DNA of 64,000 nucleotides from Myxococcota bacterium (GCA_965140415.1 OZ223209.1:1824001-1888000); one strand, 5' to 3'; shown: positions 38,087 through 48,652, counted from the first letter of the stretch. Program-made: numbers and translations. The notes: a model not told the origin generated them from the sequence alone.

Positions 38087-39058
38087 TCAAGCCGTTGCTG
38101 TTTGCAATGTTTCCGGGGCATCCTCGAACAATCCCATGGCGCGTACCGCTTGACCGCAGTTGCTGCCGATTTCGTCTTCGCGACCATCACCGATACTGAT
38201 GATCACTTCGTAACCGGCTTGCTCCAAAGCCTGGCAGTCGGCGCTTAAACGGTCGGCGCGGTCACCGCGCAGAATGGTTTGCAGGCCGTTTTTGTCACCC
38301 CGGCTGGTGGGATTCAACGGCGTCAGTTTGACGGCGAACACTTCCGGGCTAAAGAGCGTTTGCACTGTTTTCAGGTCGAAGGGAATGTCCATTGCCAGCG
38401 CGAAATTCAACACAGGTTTTCTGTCGCCGGGCCGGTAGAAGCGTTTACCGTAGGCGGCGACCTGCTCCAGACTCCATTTGCGGAAGGGCATCAGCCGGTC
38501 GCGTTCGACCGGATCGGTGGTATTGATGGAAAACTGAAGCTGGAAGCGTCCGAAGTAAATTTCGTTTTTCAGATCCAGCAACTTCTCGAACCACTCGTCC
38601 CGGTTTCTCGGTGCGACGGTGGGCATGCAGCACCACAAACCTTTGGCGCCTTTCAATTCGGGAAGTTCAGGCAGCGCGCGCATGGCGTCTAACACGGCGT
38701 CGTTCAGCGACGGTTCTCCCATGCGGGCGAAATGCACTTTCAGTTTGCCGCAGGTCGAGGGTAGTTCGGGATGGCGTCGCAGAACGTGGCGTACCTGCAA
38801 CAGCAGTTCCTCTTTCGTCAGATTCCCACGAAAATCGCCGCCCGCATCGCAGAAGACGCAACCGACCGGGCAACCGAACTGCGTGGATACATTGACGATC
38901 CACTTGTCCTCGCGTTTGAAGCGCGTATCCAAGCCGTCTACGAATTCAATGGCCGGACCATCTGCACCGCGCATACGGGCCACGAAAACCTCGGCCACAT
39001 CGGGGCGACCGGACACGTTCAGTATTTCCATTTCGGGAGTGACTTCGTTCTGCGACAT
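38087..39058 (-). CDS. RlmN-like radical SAM protein (short form)
   Basis: VSTQFGCPVGCVFCD, ARMGEP, LQFSIN, R..LMP, IGSNCGQ; ATG at 39058 with a caggagg RBS. Confidence 0.88.
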   Translation of the reverse strand: MSQNEVTPEMEILNVSGRPDVAEVFVARMRGADGPAIEFVDGLDTRFKREDKWIVNVSTQFGCPVGCVFCDAGGDFRGNLTKEELLLQVRHVLRRHPELPSTCGKLKVHFARMGEPSLNDAVLDAMRALPELPELKGAKGLWCCMPTVAPRNRDEWFEKLLDLKNEIYFGRFQLQFSINTTDPVERDRLMPFRKWSLEQVAAYGKRFYRPGDRKPVLNFALAMDIPFDLKTVQTLFSPEVFAVKLTPLNPTSRGDKNGLQTILRGDRADRLSADCQALEQAGYEVIISIGDGREDEIGSNCGQAVRAMGLFEDAPETLQTATA

Positions 39059-39186
39059 AAAAGCCTCCTGTTCGAATCGTTCCGCAACATTGATAGCGCG
39101 ACGCACACGAGCGCAAGCGGGCGCACGTTACCGAAACGATCGGGATGCTCCGTTGCCGGACCTGACATAATCGTTGAGTATGGGAT

Positions 39187-39215
39187 CTTATACCACAGCC
39201 CAAAGTGGAAATCAA
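39187..39215 (-). promoter_or_regulatory. Sigma70-like promoter of the RlmN-like gene
   Basis: Minus strand ttgatt-N17-tataag with an extended TG. Confidence 0.55.
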
Positions 39216-39335
39216 GGACGGTTGACTTTGAATTTGGAAGTGGGCAACAGACAAACCTATGGCGCAGAACGGGAGCCCAATTCTAACGTGAGAAGTGGGT
39301 AAGGTATTGAAATGAAACGAGTTGTGCGACTAGAT

Positions 39336-40361
39336 CTATTTCTTGTTTTGCAGGAAACGAGTAAGCAGTTCATTGGCGGCGCGGGTTGGAGTGCTTGTGC
39401 CGTGTAGTAACGCGTCTTCCAATGAGGGTGCGAGCTTTCGTATACCCGGATGGTTTTTCAATTCCATCATCAGGCGATCTTCAAGCTGGGTCCACATCCA
39501 GTCAAGCAGTTGACTTTGGCGCTTCTGCTGCCAGCCGCCATCGGCCTGCAAAGCACTGCGATAGGCATTGACGGTCTCCCAGAGTTCGTCCAACCCCTGG
39601 TTTTCCAGACCGCTGACCGCCAGCACCGGCGCCTGCCATCGCGGATCGTGAGGCCGCATCAGATGCAAAGCGCTTTCCAGTTCACGCCGGGCTTTATTGG
39701 CTTTAAGCTGATTGTCGCCATCGGCTTTGTTGATGGCGAAGATATCGGCCAACTCCAGAATGCCACGCTTGATGCCCTGTAATTCGTCGCCGCCGCCGGA
39801 AAGCATCAGTAAAACGAACACATCCACCATCCGGGCGACCGTCGCCTCCGACTGTCCCACGCCTACCGTTTCCACGATGATCACGTCGAAGCCAGCCGCT
39901 TCGCATAACAGCATGGTCTCGCGTGTACGGCGCGCAACGCCGCCCAATGTGCCGGAACTTGGCGAGGGCCGGATGAAGGCATTCGGATCGGCGGACAGTT
40001 TTGCCATGCGGGTTTTATCGCCCAGGATGCTGCCGCCGCTGATGGCGCTGGAAGGATCGACCGCCAGCACTGCGACTTTGTGCCCCTGGGCGGTCAGATT
40101 GCTTCCGAAATGTTCGATCAAGGTGCTCTTTCCCGCGCCGGGAACGCCGCTGATGCCGATGCGAATGGCCGCCCCAGTATGCGGTGTCAACCGCACCAGT
40201 AAATCCTGAGCCAGTTGCTGACGGTCGGGATGGCGGCTCTCGATCAGCGTGATGGCCCGCCCCAAGATGGCGCGGTCACAGGCCAGCACGCCCCGAGCGT
40301 AATCATCCAGATCCAGATGTTTGCGCCGAGGCGGCAGGGCAGGTGGTGTAGAGCGACTCAT
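39336..40361 (-). CDS. meaB: Methylmalonyl-CoA mutase-associated GTPase
   Basis: GISGVPGAGKST, AVDPSS..SGGSILGDKTRM, ETVGVGQSE, GDELQGIKRG, NKAD. Confidence 0.97.
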   Translation of the reverse strand: MSRSTPPALPPRRKHLDLDDYARGVLACDRAILGRAITLIESRHPDRQQLAQDLLVRLTPHTGAAIRIGISGVPGAGKSTLIEHFGSNLTAQGHKVAVLAVDPSSAISGGSILGDKTRMAKLSADPNAFIRPSPSSGTLGGVARRTRETMLLCEAAGFDVIIVETVGVGQSEATVARMVDVFVLLMLSGGGDELQGIKRGILELADIFAINKADGDNQLKANKARRELESALHLMRPHDPRWQAPVLAVSGLENQGLDELWETVNAYRSALQADGGWQQKRQSQLLDWMWTQLEDRLMMELKNHPGIRKLAPSLEDALLHGTSTPTRAANELLTRFLQNKK

Positions 40362-40371
40362 TACAAATCCA

Positions 40372-42573
40372 TTACTGCTTGAGTTGCGCGATCATTTTTT
40401 CCAGCAATTCCGAAGCAGCTTTGCTGATGACCGTGCCGGGACCGAAGATCGCCGCGACGCCCTGCTTGTACAGCTCGTCGTAATCCTGCGGAGGAATGAC
40501 GCCGCCTGCGACGATCAGGATATCCTCGCGTCCGAGTTTCGCCAATTCATCGCGCAATTTCGGAATCAGTGTCAGGTGACCGGCGGCCAGCGAACTGACG
40601 CCCACGATGTGCACGTCGTTTTCAACCGCCTGCCTGGCTGTTTCTTCCGGCGTCTGGAACAACGGGCCGATATCCACGTCGAAGCCCAGATCGGCAAAGG
40701 CGGTGGCGATGACCTTCTGGCCTCGGTCGTGACCGTCCTGGCCCATTTTGGCAACCAGAATGCGCGGGTTACGGCCTTCCTCTTCGGCAAAGCGCCGGGT
40801 CAGTTCCAACACGTGTATGCCTCCTTCATCTCCGGCGAGTTCGTTCTGATATACACCGCTGATAATGCGGATGGGCGCTTCGTGGCGACCGTAAACCTTT
40901 TCCAGTGCCGAACTGATTTCACCGACGGTGGCTTTGACACGAGCCGCCTTGACGGAAAGATCCAGCAGGTTGCCCTCGCTGCGATCGGCAGCATTGGTCA
41001 AGGCTTCCAGGGCCTGTTCAACCTCACGCGGGTCGCGGTCGGCGCGCAGTTTTTCCAAACGTGCCACCTGGGAGTCGCGCACGGCACTGTTGTCGATTTT
41101 CAGAATTTCAAGTTCCTGTTCCTGTGTGGGTGGATATTTGTTTACTCCGATAATGGCCTGGCGATTGGAGTCGATACGCGCCTGGGTGCGGGCGCTGGCT
41201 TCTTCGATACGCATTTTCGGCAGACCGGTTTCGATGGCCTTGGCCATACCGCCCAGCGATTCGATTTCGTTGATGTGTTCCAGGGCGCGGTCGTAGAGGT
41301 CGCGGGTGAGCCGTTCGACGTAATAACTTCCGCCCCAGGGATCGGCCACGCGGCAGGTGCCGTTTTCCTGTTGCAGGAAAAGCTGCGTGTTGCGACTGAT
41401 GCGCGCGGAGAAGTCGGAGGGCAGCGCCAGCGCTTCGTCCAGTGAATTGGTGTGCAATGACTGCGTATGACCCTGGGTGGCGGCCATAGCTTCGATGCAG
41501 GTGCGCACCACATTGTTGAAGGGATCTTGCGCCGTTAAACTCCAGCCGGAAGTCTGGCAGTGTGTGCGCAACGACATCGACTTCGGATTTTGCGGATTGA
41601 AGGGCTTGAGCAGCCGAGCCCATAAAAGCCGGGCGGCGCGCAGCTTGGCGACTTCCATGAAGAAGTTCATACCCACTGCCCAGAAGAAACTGATGCGCGG
41701 TGCAAAGGCGTCGATGTCCAGGCCGGCGCGAATACCCGCACGGATGTACTCCAGACCATCGGCGATGGTGTATCCCAGTTCGATGTCCTGGGTCGCACCC
41801 GCTTCCTGCATGTGATAACCGGAAATGCTGATGCTGTTGAAGCGTGGCATGTTCTGAGAGGTGAAACCGAAAATGTCCGCGATGATACGCATGGAAGGTG
41901 TAGGCGGATAAATAAAGGTGTTGCGCACCATGAACTCTTTCAAAATGTCGTTCTGGATGGTGCCCGCCAGTTGCTTGTGCTCCACGCCTTGTTCTTCGGC
42001 GGCGACGATATACAGCGCCATCACTGGCAGCACCGCGCCGTTCATGGTCATCGAGACGCTCATCTTGTCCAGCGGGATGCCGTTGAAAAGGATGCGCATG
42101 TCGTAGATGGAATCGATCGCGACGCCCGCCATGCCGACATCGCCGGTTACACGCGGGTGATCGGAGTCGTAGCCGCGATGGGTGGCCAGATCGAAAGCGA
42201 TGGACAGACCCTTCTGTCCTGCGGCGAGATTGCGGCGGTAAAAGGCGTTACTGGCTTCGGCGGTACTGAAACCGGCATACTGGCGTACCGTCCAGGGACG
42301 CATGACGTACATGGTCGAATAGGGGCCGCGCAAGAAGGGCGGTAGACCCGGCGCGGTATGCAGGTGATCCAAACCATCCAGATCCTGCGCCGTGTATAAA
42401 GGTTTGACCTGGATGCCTTCCGGTGTCGTCCAGTTCAATTCTTCAGGAGCTTTACTGTCCGCTTCCTTGGCGAGTTGCGCCCATTTATTCGCATCGGCTT
42501 CACTATTGCCGGGTTCGAACGGAAGGGAGGAGAAGTCCGGAAACTCGATGGGATTCGTTTTTTGATAGCTCAT
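40372..42573 (-). CDS. scpA: Methylmalonyl-CoA mutase, catalytic B12-binding subunit
   Basis: [52 protein letters not shown]. Confidence 0.98.
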   Translation of the reverse strand: MSYQKTNPIEFPDFSSLPFEPGNSEADANKWAQLAKEADSKAPEELNWTTPEGIQVKPLYTAQDLDGLDHLHTAPGLPPFLRGPYSTMYVMRPWTVRQYAGFSTAEASNAFYRRNLAAGQKGLSIAFDLATHRGYDSDHPRVTGDVGMAGVAIDSIYDMRILFNGIPLDKMSVSMTMNGAVLPVMALYIVAAEEQGVEHKQLAGTIQNDILKEFMVRNTFIYPPTPSMRIIADIFGFTSQNMPRFNSISISGYHMQEAGATQDIELGYTIADGLEYIRAGIRAGLDIDAFAPRISFFWAVGMNFFMEVAKLRAARLLWARLLKPFNPQNPKSMSLRTHCQTSGWSLTAQDPFNNVVRTCIEAMAATQGHTQSLHTNSLDEALALPSDFSARISRNTQLFLQQENGTCRVADPWGGSYYVERLTRDLYDRALEHINEIESLGGMAKAIETGLPKMRIEEASARTQARIDSNRQAIIGVNKYPPTQEQELEILKIDNSAVRDSQVARLEKLRADRDPREVEQALEALTNAADRSEGNLLDLSVKAARVKATVGEISSALEKVYGRHEAPIRIISGVYQNELAGDEGGIHVLELTRRFAEEEGRNPRILVAKMGQDGHDRGQKVIATAFADLGFDVDIGPLFQTPEETARQAVENDVHIVGVSSLAAGHLTLIPKLRDELAKLGREDILIVAGGVIPPQDYDELYKQGVAAIFGPGTVISKAASELLEKMIAQLKQ

Positions 42574-44696
42574 GCCAACACTCCGATCTCCGACAGAGTC
42601 GTGCGCAGGGTTTCGTATACGTCGCAGCCGAGGTAGATGAATGCATCCACTCCCGCCGCTTTATAGTCGGCTTCTTTTTCTCCGGGACGCCCTGCCAATA
42701 ACAGGTGCTTGACTCCGGCGGCTTTCAGAGCCGGTGCGACATCGGGAACGCTTTCCGGGTAGAGATCGTCGGAGGAGCATATGATAGCGATATCGGCCTT
42801 GGATTCCGTGAAAGCGGCGGCGCAGTCGGTGGCGTTATTGAAGCCGTCGTTTGCGACGATTTCGAAACCACCCGCCTGGAAGAAATTGGAGGACCATTCG
42901 GCGCGGCCTTTGTGTTTGGGAATCGGTCCCATGTTCGCCAGGAACACGCTCGGTCGTCGTCCGGTTTTTTGCAGGTGCGCATCGGATGCGTCGCGCAGTT
43001 CTTCGAACGGTGCGGCTTCGTTGTTGAAGGTAAAGGCCGGAATGTGACAGCCTTCGGTGTTGGCGAAAAGCGCGCTGGAGAGCGTTCCCAAACTTGCGCC
43101 ACTCTTAGCAGCTTCAATGGCGGCGGCGGTGCGCTCTGCCAGTTCGAAACTGTTTTCCATCAACACCTGAGCGGCGGTTTTCTGATCGTGTTCCTTTCGC
43201 AGCGCTTGTAAGGATTCCGCCATTCGAGTTTTCACCGTGGCTAGATCCTGTGATGTGCGCTCGATCGATTTTTCCTCGACGTTGGCGAATTCGCTGACGC
43301 CGGTAATCGGATCTTTGCGTTTTTGTACCGCTTTGCGTTTTGCAGAATTGACCGTAGATAACTGTTGCTGGAACCAGCCGTTTTGCAGCACTTCGGACAT
43401 GCCTCCCTGGCTTTCGATCTGCTGGAACAGGGTCCAGGCCGCTTCGCAGAGCTGGTTCGTGAGATTCTCGACATACCAACTACCGCCAGCCGGATCGATG
43501 ACCCGATGCAGGTTGGCTTCTTCTTTAAGAATCGATTGCGTGTTGGTGGCAAGGCGGCGGCTGAAATTCTCGCTCATGCCCAGCATCTCGTCGAAAGGAG
43601 AGGTACTGATGATTTCCGCTCCGCCTGCAATGGCCGAGAAGCATTCCGAGGTGACGCGCAACAGATTGACCCAGGGATCGCGCGCGGTCTTGCTGCGGCG
43701 GCTCGTTTGCGCACGTAGGTAAAGACGTTTAGCGGTTTCATCACCGCCAAGCGCCTCGATCAAGCGCGACCAGAGCAGGCGCAGCGCACGAAGCTTGGCG
43801 ATTTCCGTGAAGAAGTCGCGGCCCACGCTGACACTGAAGAGCAATTGATTCGTTGCCGTTTGCAGCGAAATGCCGCGCTGGTTGACCTGCTTGATGTAGT
43901 TCAACCCGGTGGCCAGAGCGGCGGCAAGTTCCTGCACCGCCGTGGCTCCGGCTTCGGGATAAGTCGTTGTATCCACCAACGTCGTGCGCAGTTTGGGGGC
44001 GTGTTCGTCCGCCCAGGCCATCATATCGGCCATCAGGTCGAAGGCGTTTTGCAGCGAAGTTGGAATGGCATTGTTGCGGGCCAATGCACCGAGCGGATCG
44101 TATCCCAAACTACCGGTCAATGTTTGCGCGTCGGCGTCTTTTTTGGAAGCCAGCCACAGCGCCAGATAGGGCAGGGCGTTGGCACCGGTTTGCAACGAGA
44201 TCGGCGTGCTCGAATCCAGACCGTTGAAGAGACGATTGAAGTCCTCTGCGGTTTGGACGCAAACGCCATCCTGGCCGATATAGTCGGCGGCCTTGGGATC
44301 GTCGGCATCTTGCCCCTGTTGACCGGCTCGATCCATCATTACCCAGACGGAGGTTGCACCTCGCTTCAGATCGTTTCGCATGGCTTCGTTACAGGCGGGG
44401 GCATCAGCCAGCGAGTAGCATTGGCGGACATCCCAGCCGTTTTCGACTGCGCCCAGCGGGGTTGCTCCGCGTGTGTAGGGTGCAGAACCCGGAACGCCTC
44501 GCCCCGCTGTTTCAGCTACGGCATTTTCCATCATGTACAATGGGTTGATAGAAAAGCCTTCGTGCGTTTTCGTGACGAGACGTTTTTCAAAGGGAGCACC
44601 TTTGAGGTCGCGTTGTACAACCTCATGCCATTGCTCCGGAGTCACATCGGGAAAATTTCCCAAACGTACGGTCTTTGTTTCCTGCGTATCGGACAT
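42570..44696 (-). CDS. mutA: Methylmalonyl-CoA mutase small (non-catalytic) subunit
   Basis: [43 protein letters not shown]; no DxHxxG motif; ATGA overlap with scpA. Confidence 0.93.
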   Translation of the reverse strand: MSDTQETKTVRLGNFPDVTPEQWHEVVQRDLKGAPFEKRLVTKTHEGFSINPLYMMENAVAETAGRGVPGSAPYTRGATPLGAVENGWDVRQCYSLADAPACNEAMRNDLKRGATSVWVMMDRAGQQGQDADDPKAADYIGQDGVCVQTAEDFNRLFNGLDSSTPISLQTGANALPYLALWLASKKDADAQTLTGSLGYDPLGALARNNAIPTSLQNAFDLMADMMAWADEHAPKLRTTLVDTTTYPEAGATAVQELAAALATGLNYIKQVNQRGISLQTATNQLLFSVSVGRDFFTEIAKLRALRLLWSRLIEALGGDETAKRLYLRAQTSRRSKTARDPWVNLLRVTSECFSAIAGGAEIISTSPFDEMLGMSENFSRRLATNTQSILKEEANLHRVIDPAGGSWYVENLTNQLCEAAWTLFQQIESQGGMSEVLQNGWFQQQLSTVNSAKRKAVQKRKDPITGVSEFANVEEKSIERTSQDLATVKTRMAESLQALRKEHDQKTAAQVLMENSFELAERTAAAIEAAKSGASLGTLSSALFANTEGCHIPAFTFNNEAAPFEELRDASDAHLQKTGRRPSVFLANMGPIPKHKGRAEWSSNFFQAGGFEIVANDGFNNATDCAAAFTESKADIAIICSSDDLYPESVPDVAPALKAAGVKHLLLAGRPGEKEADYKAAGVDAFIYLGCDVYETLRTTLSEIGVLA

Positions 44697-44819
44697 TGCC
44701 TATTCCCTTCTCCCAATCTGATCAAAACCGGGCGACAGTGTACAAACTTCCCCACGATTAGTAAAGGTTCCTGCGATCAGGTTTTCTGGATGGATACGTG
44801 TTTTGGCCGAACTATTCCC

Positions 44820-45866
44820 TTATGAAGCGCTTGAGCCGTTTGAACCGCCGTTATCGTTCGGATCGTTGGGGTCGGTCAAGCGCCGGGCTCCAAGCACGAT
44901 CTGCCAGACGCTGTCGAAGTCCTCGTTGGTAAAGGAGGGTACATCATACCCAAGATAGGCGAGTTTCTCCAGTAAAACCTTTCCTGCGTTATAAAGATCC
45001 GGATCGGTGGTTTTCAACTCGGTCATGAGTTGTTCGTTGCAGGCGATATTGAGTCTGGCTGCGATATCTTGCAGGAAATTGGTGCAAAGATCGCGCAGGA
45101 TGGGTTGCATCTTGCTGGAAGCGGAAAAAGTGGCCACTTTATTAACCAGCATGTTCGGTGTGCCTAGCTGTCGTGCGAAAGCCAAATGTGTATTGGAATG
45201 CGGCAGGGTGAGAATGCTGGCCTGTAGAGATCGGATATCCTCGGTGATCGTATCCGGTGAAAGAAAAATAGGAGTGGTTTTGCGCCAGGCGCCGTTCGTT
45301 CCCCTAACCACTACGCCATTGCTTACCAGCCATTTCCAGGCATTGCGGAACTGCTGTTCCGTTTCCTTACGGCTATAACCTTCCGTAACACGCCACAGGT
45401 TGGTTCGTGCCGTTACCCATTTGGGGATTTCTTTTTCATGAACAGGAAAACCCTTTAAATCCAATATGTTACGCAGTAAGGAACATTCCGGGGAAATCCA
45501 GTAGATCAGGCTTTTTACCGGGCTGTCGGTCGGGTCGATCTCTACCAGCTTGCGAACGATGGTCTGTGCTCGGGATTGCAGCCGCTTGCGATTGGTGGAA
45601 GTGCTGAAAGCGGCGATAATTGCCAGTAGTTCGAAGTATGAGCCTTGCAGGCGATTGAATTTCAATGCACGTTTCCAGGCCGCAATATGGTTGATGACCA
45701 GGCGTTCATGCCCATTGAAAACCAGCCCAATGGCCTGGGGGGTTAAACCGATGCGCTTTGAAAGCTCGGAGAAAGTGACAGGGCGGTCTTCCTTCAACCC
45801 TGCAAGGTAGGTTTGTAATGTATAGTGTTTGAATACGTTTTGCAAAAGTGACTCCAACTCGTACAT
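44820..45866 (-). CDS. TIGR02147/DUF4423-like protein with N-terminal XRE-type HTH
   Basis: YL...K....TFSELSKRIGLTPQAIGLVFNGHERL...ALKF....SYFELL, then W.....LRNIL....F...PKWV; pattern recognised from memory. Confidence 0.65.
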   Translation of the reverse strand: MYELESLLQNVFKHYTLQTYLAGLKEDRPVTFSELSKRIGLTPQAIGLVFNGHERLVINHIAAWKRALKFNRLQGSYFELLAIIAAFSTSTNRKRLQSRAQTIVRKLVEIDPTDSPVKSLIYWISPECSLLRNILDLKGFPVHEKEIPKWVTARTNLWRVTEGYSRKETEQQFRNAWKWLVSNGVVVRGTNGAWRKTTPIFLSPDTITEDIRSLQASILTLPHSNTHLAFARQLGTPNMLVNKVATFSASSKMQPILRDLCTNFLQDIAARLNIACNEQLMTELKTTDPDLYNAGKVLLEKLAYLGYDVPSFTNEDFDSVWQIVLGARRLTDPNDPNDNGGSNGSSAS

Positions 45867-45893
45867 GTATAGCAGAACGAAACCAAGGTTTCA

Positions 45894-45928
45894 TATCACT
45901 GGGTTACTCATCGAAAAACCCAGTGATA
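45894..45928. promoter_or_regulatory. Perfect 12-bp inverted repeat upstream of the HTH gene (possible operator or hairpin)
   Basis: tatcactgggtt-N11-aacccagtgata. Confidence 0.45.
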
Positions 45929-46438
45929 GAGTGATAATGCGGCGCGTCGTTTTGAATGCCAGCAACAAAACTAATGTTTACCTAAGACATTTTCTGTCAC
46001 ACATTATCCGATATTTCAAGTCCTGTGACTGTTTTTTTTGTATTTGATTATCAGGATTGACAATGGGTGTCATAACTGGTTGATATAAAAGTTGAATACA
46101 AATACTGCAGAAGTGCTTTCTTATGGAAAAATTTGCTTTTGGAGTCTGTTGGAGTTGAAATTTCAGGCAAATTGGCAATGGTTTTTGAAAAAAATGAAAG
46201 GGAGTGAAGAAATACGGGGATTGCTGTGAAAATCGATTGACTATGACGACAAGGTTTGTCAGAATAGAACCTACTAGGACCGCCACCTAATTCTTGACTT
46301 TTTACTAACCACTATGTTAGCTTTTCCCCCTTCCTGCGAGATAGGATTCGCTGGGACAAGGTAAGTACTCATGCATAGATGTGCGTAGGTTATACCAGAG
46401 TGGGGTATTGTTCAAACGTAATGAAGGAGGAATGTAGG

Positions 46439-48604
46439 ATGAAGAAGAGTTTATGGTTAATGCTGGTGTTGTTGCTGGCGTTCTCGCTCGTCGCATTCGG
46501 TTGCGGCGGTGATGACGAGGATCCGGCCGATGGCGACACCGCCGATGGCGACGGTACGGTTGATGGCGATGGTACGGTCGATGGCGACGGTACGGTCGAT
46601 GGCGACGGTACGGTCGATGGCGATGCTACTGACGGCGATGCCACTGACGGCGATGCTACTGACGGCGATGCTACTGACGGCGATGCCACTGATGGTGACG
46701 CCACTGATGGCGATGCCACTGACGGCGACACCGTAGCTTGTGCTGGTGGTTGTGGCACGAACGCTCACTGCGACGAAGTCAATGACGTGTGTGTGTGCGA
46801 TACTGGCTACGAAGAAGTTAATGGCAACTGCGTTCTCGACGTTGGTCCGGATGCGTTCGAAGCCTGCACCTTTGGTCAGGTCAATCCGACTGCGGGCGAC
46901 TGCTCCGGCGGCGCGTCTTGCATCGGTATGCATGCCACTCCCGATAGCGGCGGCACCCCGGCTCCCTGTTTGACTGACGATGAATGTACCGCTGATATGG
47001 GTTCCATCGCGACTTGCGCGTATGGCTACTGCGGTATCGCCTGGTGTGCGCCGCCTTGCGTCACCGACGATGACTGCCGCCAGATCGACAGCGGTGCCTG
47101 CTGTGGTCCGGTCGGAACCGACACCATGTGCTACCATCCCGATTTCTGCGATGCTCCTGGCGAGCAGGATTGGTTTGAGCCCTGTTCCTTCGGCGAAGTG
47201 AATGCCGATGCCGGTGGTTGTTTGTCCGAGCTGAACTGCATTGGTATGCATGCGGATTCCACCACCAGCCAGCCTGCTCCCTGCACCGCGGATGCGGACT
47301 GTGCCGCTTCTCTGGGTGAGCATGCAGTTTGCGCCGCTGGCTACTGCGGTATTTCCTGGTGTACCGGTGCTTGCACCACCGATGACGATTGTACTGCCAT
47401 CGATGACGGCGCCTGCTGTGGTCCGGTCGGCAGCGACACCATGTGCTACATCTCCGATTTCTGTTCGACGGTCGAACCGGGTGATCAGGAAGCGGGCGAA
47501 GCTTGTACTTTCGGTGCGGTCAACGCTGATGCCGGTGGTTGTGTCCAGGGCGCTTCCTGTATCGGTATGCATGCTGATTCCAGCACCACTTCCCCTGTGC
47601 CTTGCACCGAAGACGCCGACTGCGCCGCCGATTTGGGCGATCGTGCCGTTTGCGCCACGGGTTTCTGTGGAACTTCCTGGTGTGCCGAAAGCTGCACCAC
47701 CGATGATGATTGTGATGCTGTCGGCTACGGTGGTGGTTGCTGTGGTCCGGTTGGCAACGACACCATGTGCTACATCAACGATTTCTGCGCCCAGGCGGGC
47801 GATCAGGAACCTGGCGAAGCCTGTGCTTTCGGCGATGTCAATGCCGAAGCCGGTGATTGTACTGCGGATGGCTCCTGCATCGGTATGCACGCCAATGCCA
47901 GCTCGACTTCTCCTGCGCCTTGCACTGCAGACGCCGACTGTACGGCGGATCTGGGCGACACGGCTGTTTGCGTGACCGGTTACTGCGGCGTGTCCTGGTG
48001 TGCCGAAAGCTGCACCACCGATGACGATTGTACGGCGGCTGGTTATGGTACCAACGGTGGTTGCTGTGGTCCGGTCGGCAGCAGCACCATGTGCTACATC
48101 GAAGGCTTCTGTGCGACTCCTGGCACCAACGACAAGGGCGAAGCCTGTGCTTTCGGTGATGTCAATGCCGAAGCGGGTAACTGCCTTGAAGCTCTGAACT
48201 GCATCGGTATGTATGCGGATGCCGCATCGGCTCAGCCTGCGGCCTGCACCGAGGATGCGGATTGCGCTACCGTGATGGGCTCGGAGGCGGTTTGTGTGTC
48301 CGGTTACTGCGGCATCTCCTGGTGTACCGAAGAATGCACTACCGATGACGATTGTACCGACACCGGTTACGGCGCCGAAGGCGGCTGCTGCGGTCCGGTC
48401 GGCGACGACACGATGTGCTTCGTCGGTGACTTCTGCGAGCCTGTTGTTGATGGCGACGTGGATGGCGATGTTGACGGTGACGTGGTTGTCGACGGCGATG
48501 TGGTCGTGGACGGCGATGTGGTTGTCGACGGTGATGCGGTCGTGGACGGCGATGCGGTCGTGGACGGCGACGTGGTCGAAGACGGCGATGCGCCTGTCGA
48601 ATAA
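46439..48604 (+). CDS. Lipoprotein with DGD tracts at both ends and five ~106-aa 14-Cys repeats
   Basis: ATG at 46439 after aaggagg; lipobox VAFGC; repeat consensus C.FG.VN..AG.C.....CIGMHA...CCGPVG..TMCY...FC. Confidence 0.9.
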   Translation: MKKSLWLMLVLLLAFSLVAFGCGGDDEDPADGDTADGDGTVDGDGTVDGDGTVDGDGTVDGDATDGDATDGDATDGDATDGDATDGDATDGDATDGDTVACAGGCGTNAHCDEVNDVCVCDTGYEEVNGNCVLDVGPDAFEACTFGQVNPTAGDCSGGASCIGMHATPDSGGTPAPCLTDDECTADMGSIATCAYGYCGIAWCAPPCVTDDDCRQIDSGACCGPVGTDTMCYHPDFCDAPGEQDWFEPCSFGEVNADAGGCLSELNCIGMHADSTTSQPAPCTADADCAASLGEHAVCAAGYCGISWCTGACTTDDDCTAIDDGACCGPVGSDTMCYISDFCSTVEPGDQEAGEACTFGAVNADAGGCVQGASCIGMHADSSTTSPVPCTEDADCAADLGDRAVCATGFCGTSWCAESCTTDDDCDAVGYGGGCCGPVGNDTMCYINDFCAQAGDQEPGEACAFGDVNAEAGDCTADGSCIGMHANASSTSPAPCTADADCTADLGDTAVCVTGYCGVSWCAESCTTDDDCTAAGYGTNGGCCGPVGSSTMCYIEGFCATPGTNDKGEACAFGDVNAEAGNCLEALNCIGMYADAASAQPAACTEDADCATVMGSEAVCVSGYCGISWCTEECTTDDDCTDTGYGAEGGCCGPVGDDTMCFVGDFCEPVVDGDVDGDVDGDVVVDGDVVVDGDVVVDGDAVVDGDAVVDGDVVEDGDAPVE
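46529..46729 (+). repeat. In-frame tandem repeats: 4 x 18 bp (DGDGTV) then 7 x 15 bp (DGDAT)
   Basis: gatggcgacggtacggtc units from 46544; gacggcgatgcyact units from 46616. Confidence 0.92.
48449..48589 (+). repeat. In-frame tandem repeats (DGDV, DGDVVV, DGDAVV)
   Basis: Nine DGD units in 12- and 18-bp periods. Confidence 0.88.
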
Positions 48605-48652
48605 GATCTAGAGGGTTCTCCCCGCTAGATTCACCGATTCTACGGTGATCCC

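Noticed and set aside
39140-39170. SRP 4.5S RNA (ffs)
   Set aside because: The helix-8-like motif has an extra base and I see no long flanking stem; kept only as a candidate leader.
36476-39335. Radical SAM RiPP cluster
   Set aside because: No SPASM/RRE domain, precursor peptide or exporter was found.
44697-44819. Cobalamin riboswitch upstream of mutA
   Set aside because: The spacer is short and no B12-box is visible.
45978-46286. 102-aa ORF in the AT-rich spacer
   Set aside because: Atypical composition and no RBS or motif; more likely promoter DNA.
46457-47890. Long antisense and alternate-frame ORFs (e.g. 477 aa here, 31547-32671, 29063-30019, 43845-44825, 35374-35850)
   Set aside because: Shadows of GC-biased or repetitive genes on the other strand, with no recognisable motifs.
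46529-48589. Periodic DNA repeats as a CRISPR array
   Set aside because: The repeats are in-frame coding units with synonymous variation; there are no unique spacers and no cas genes.
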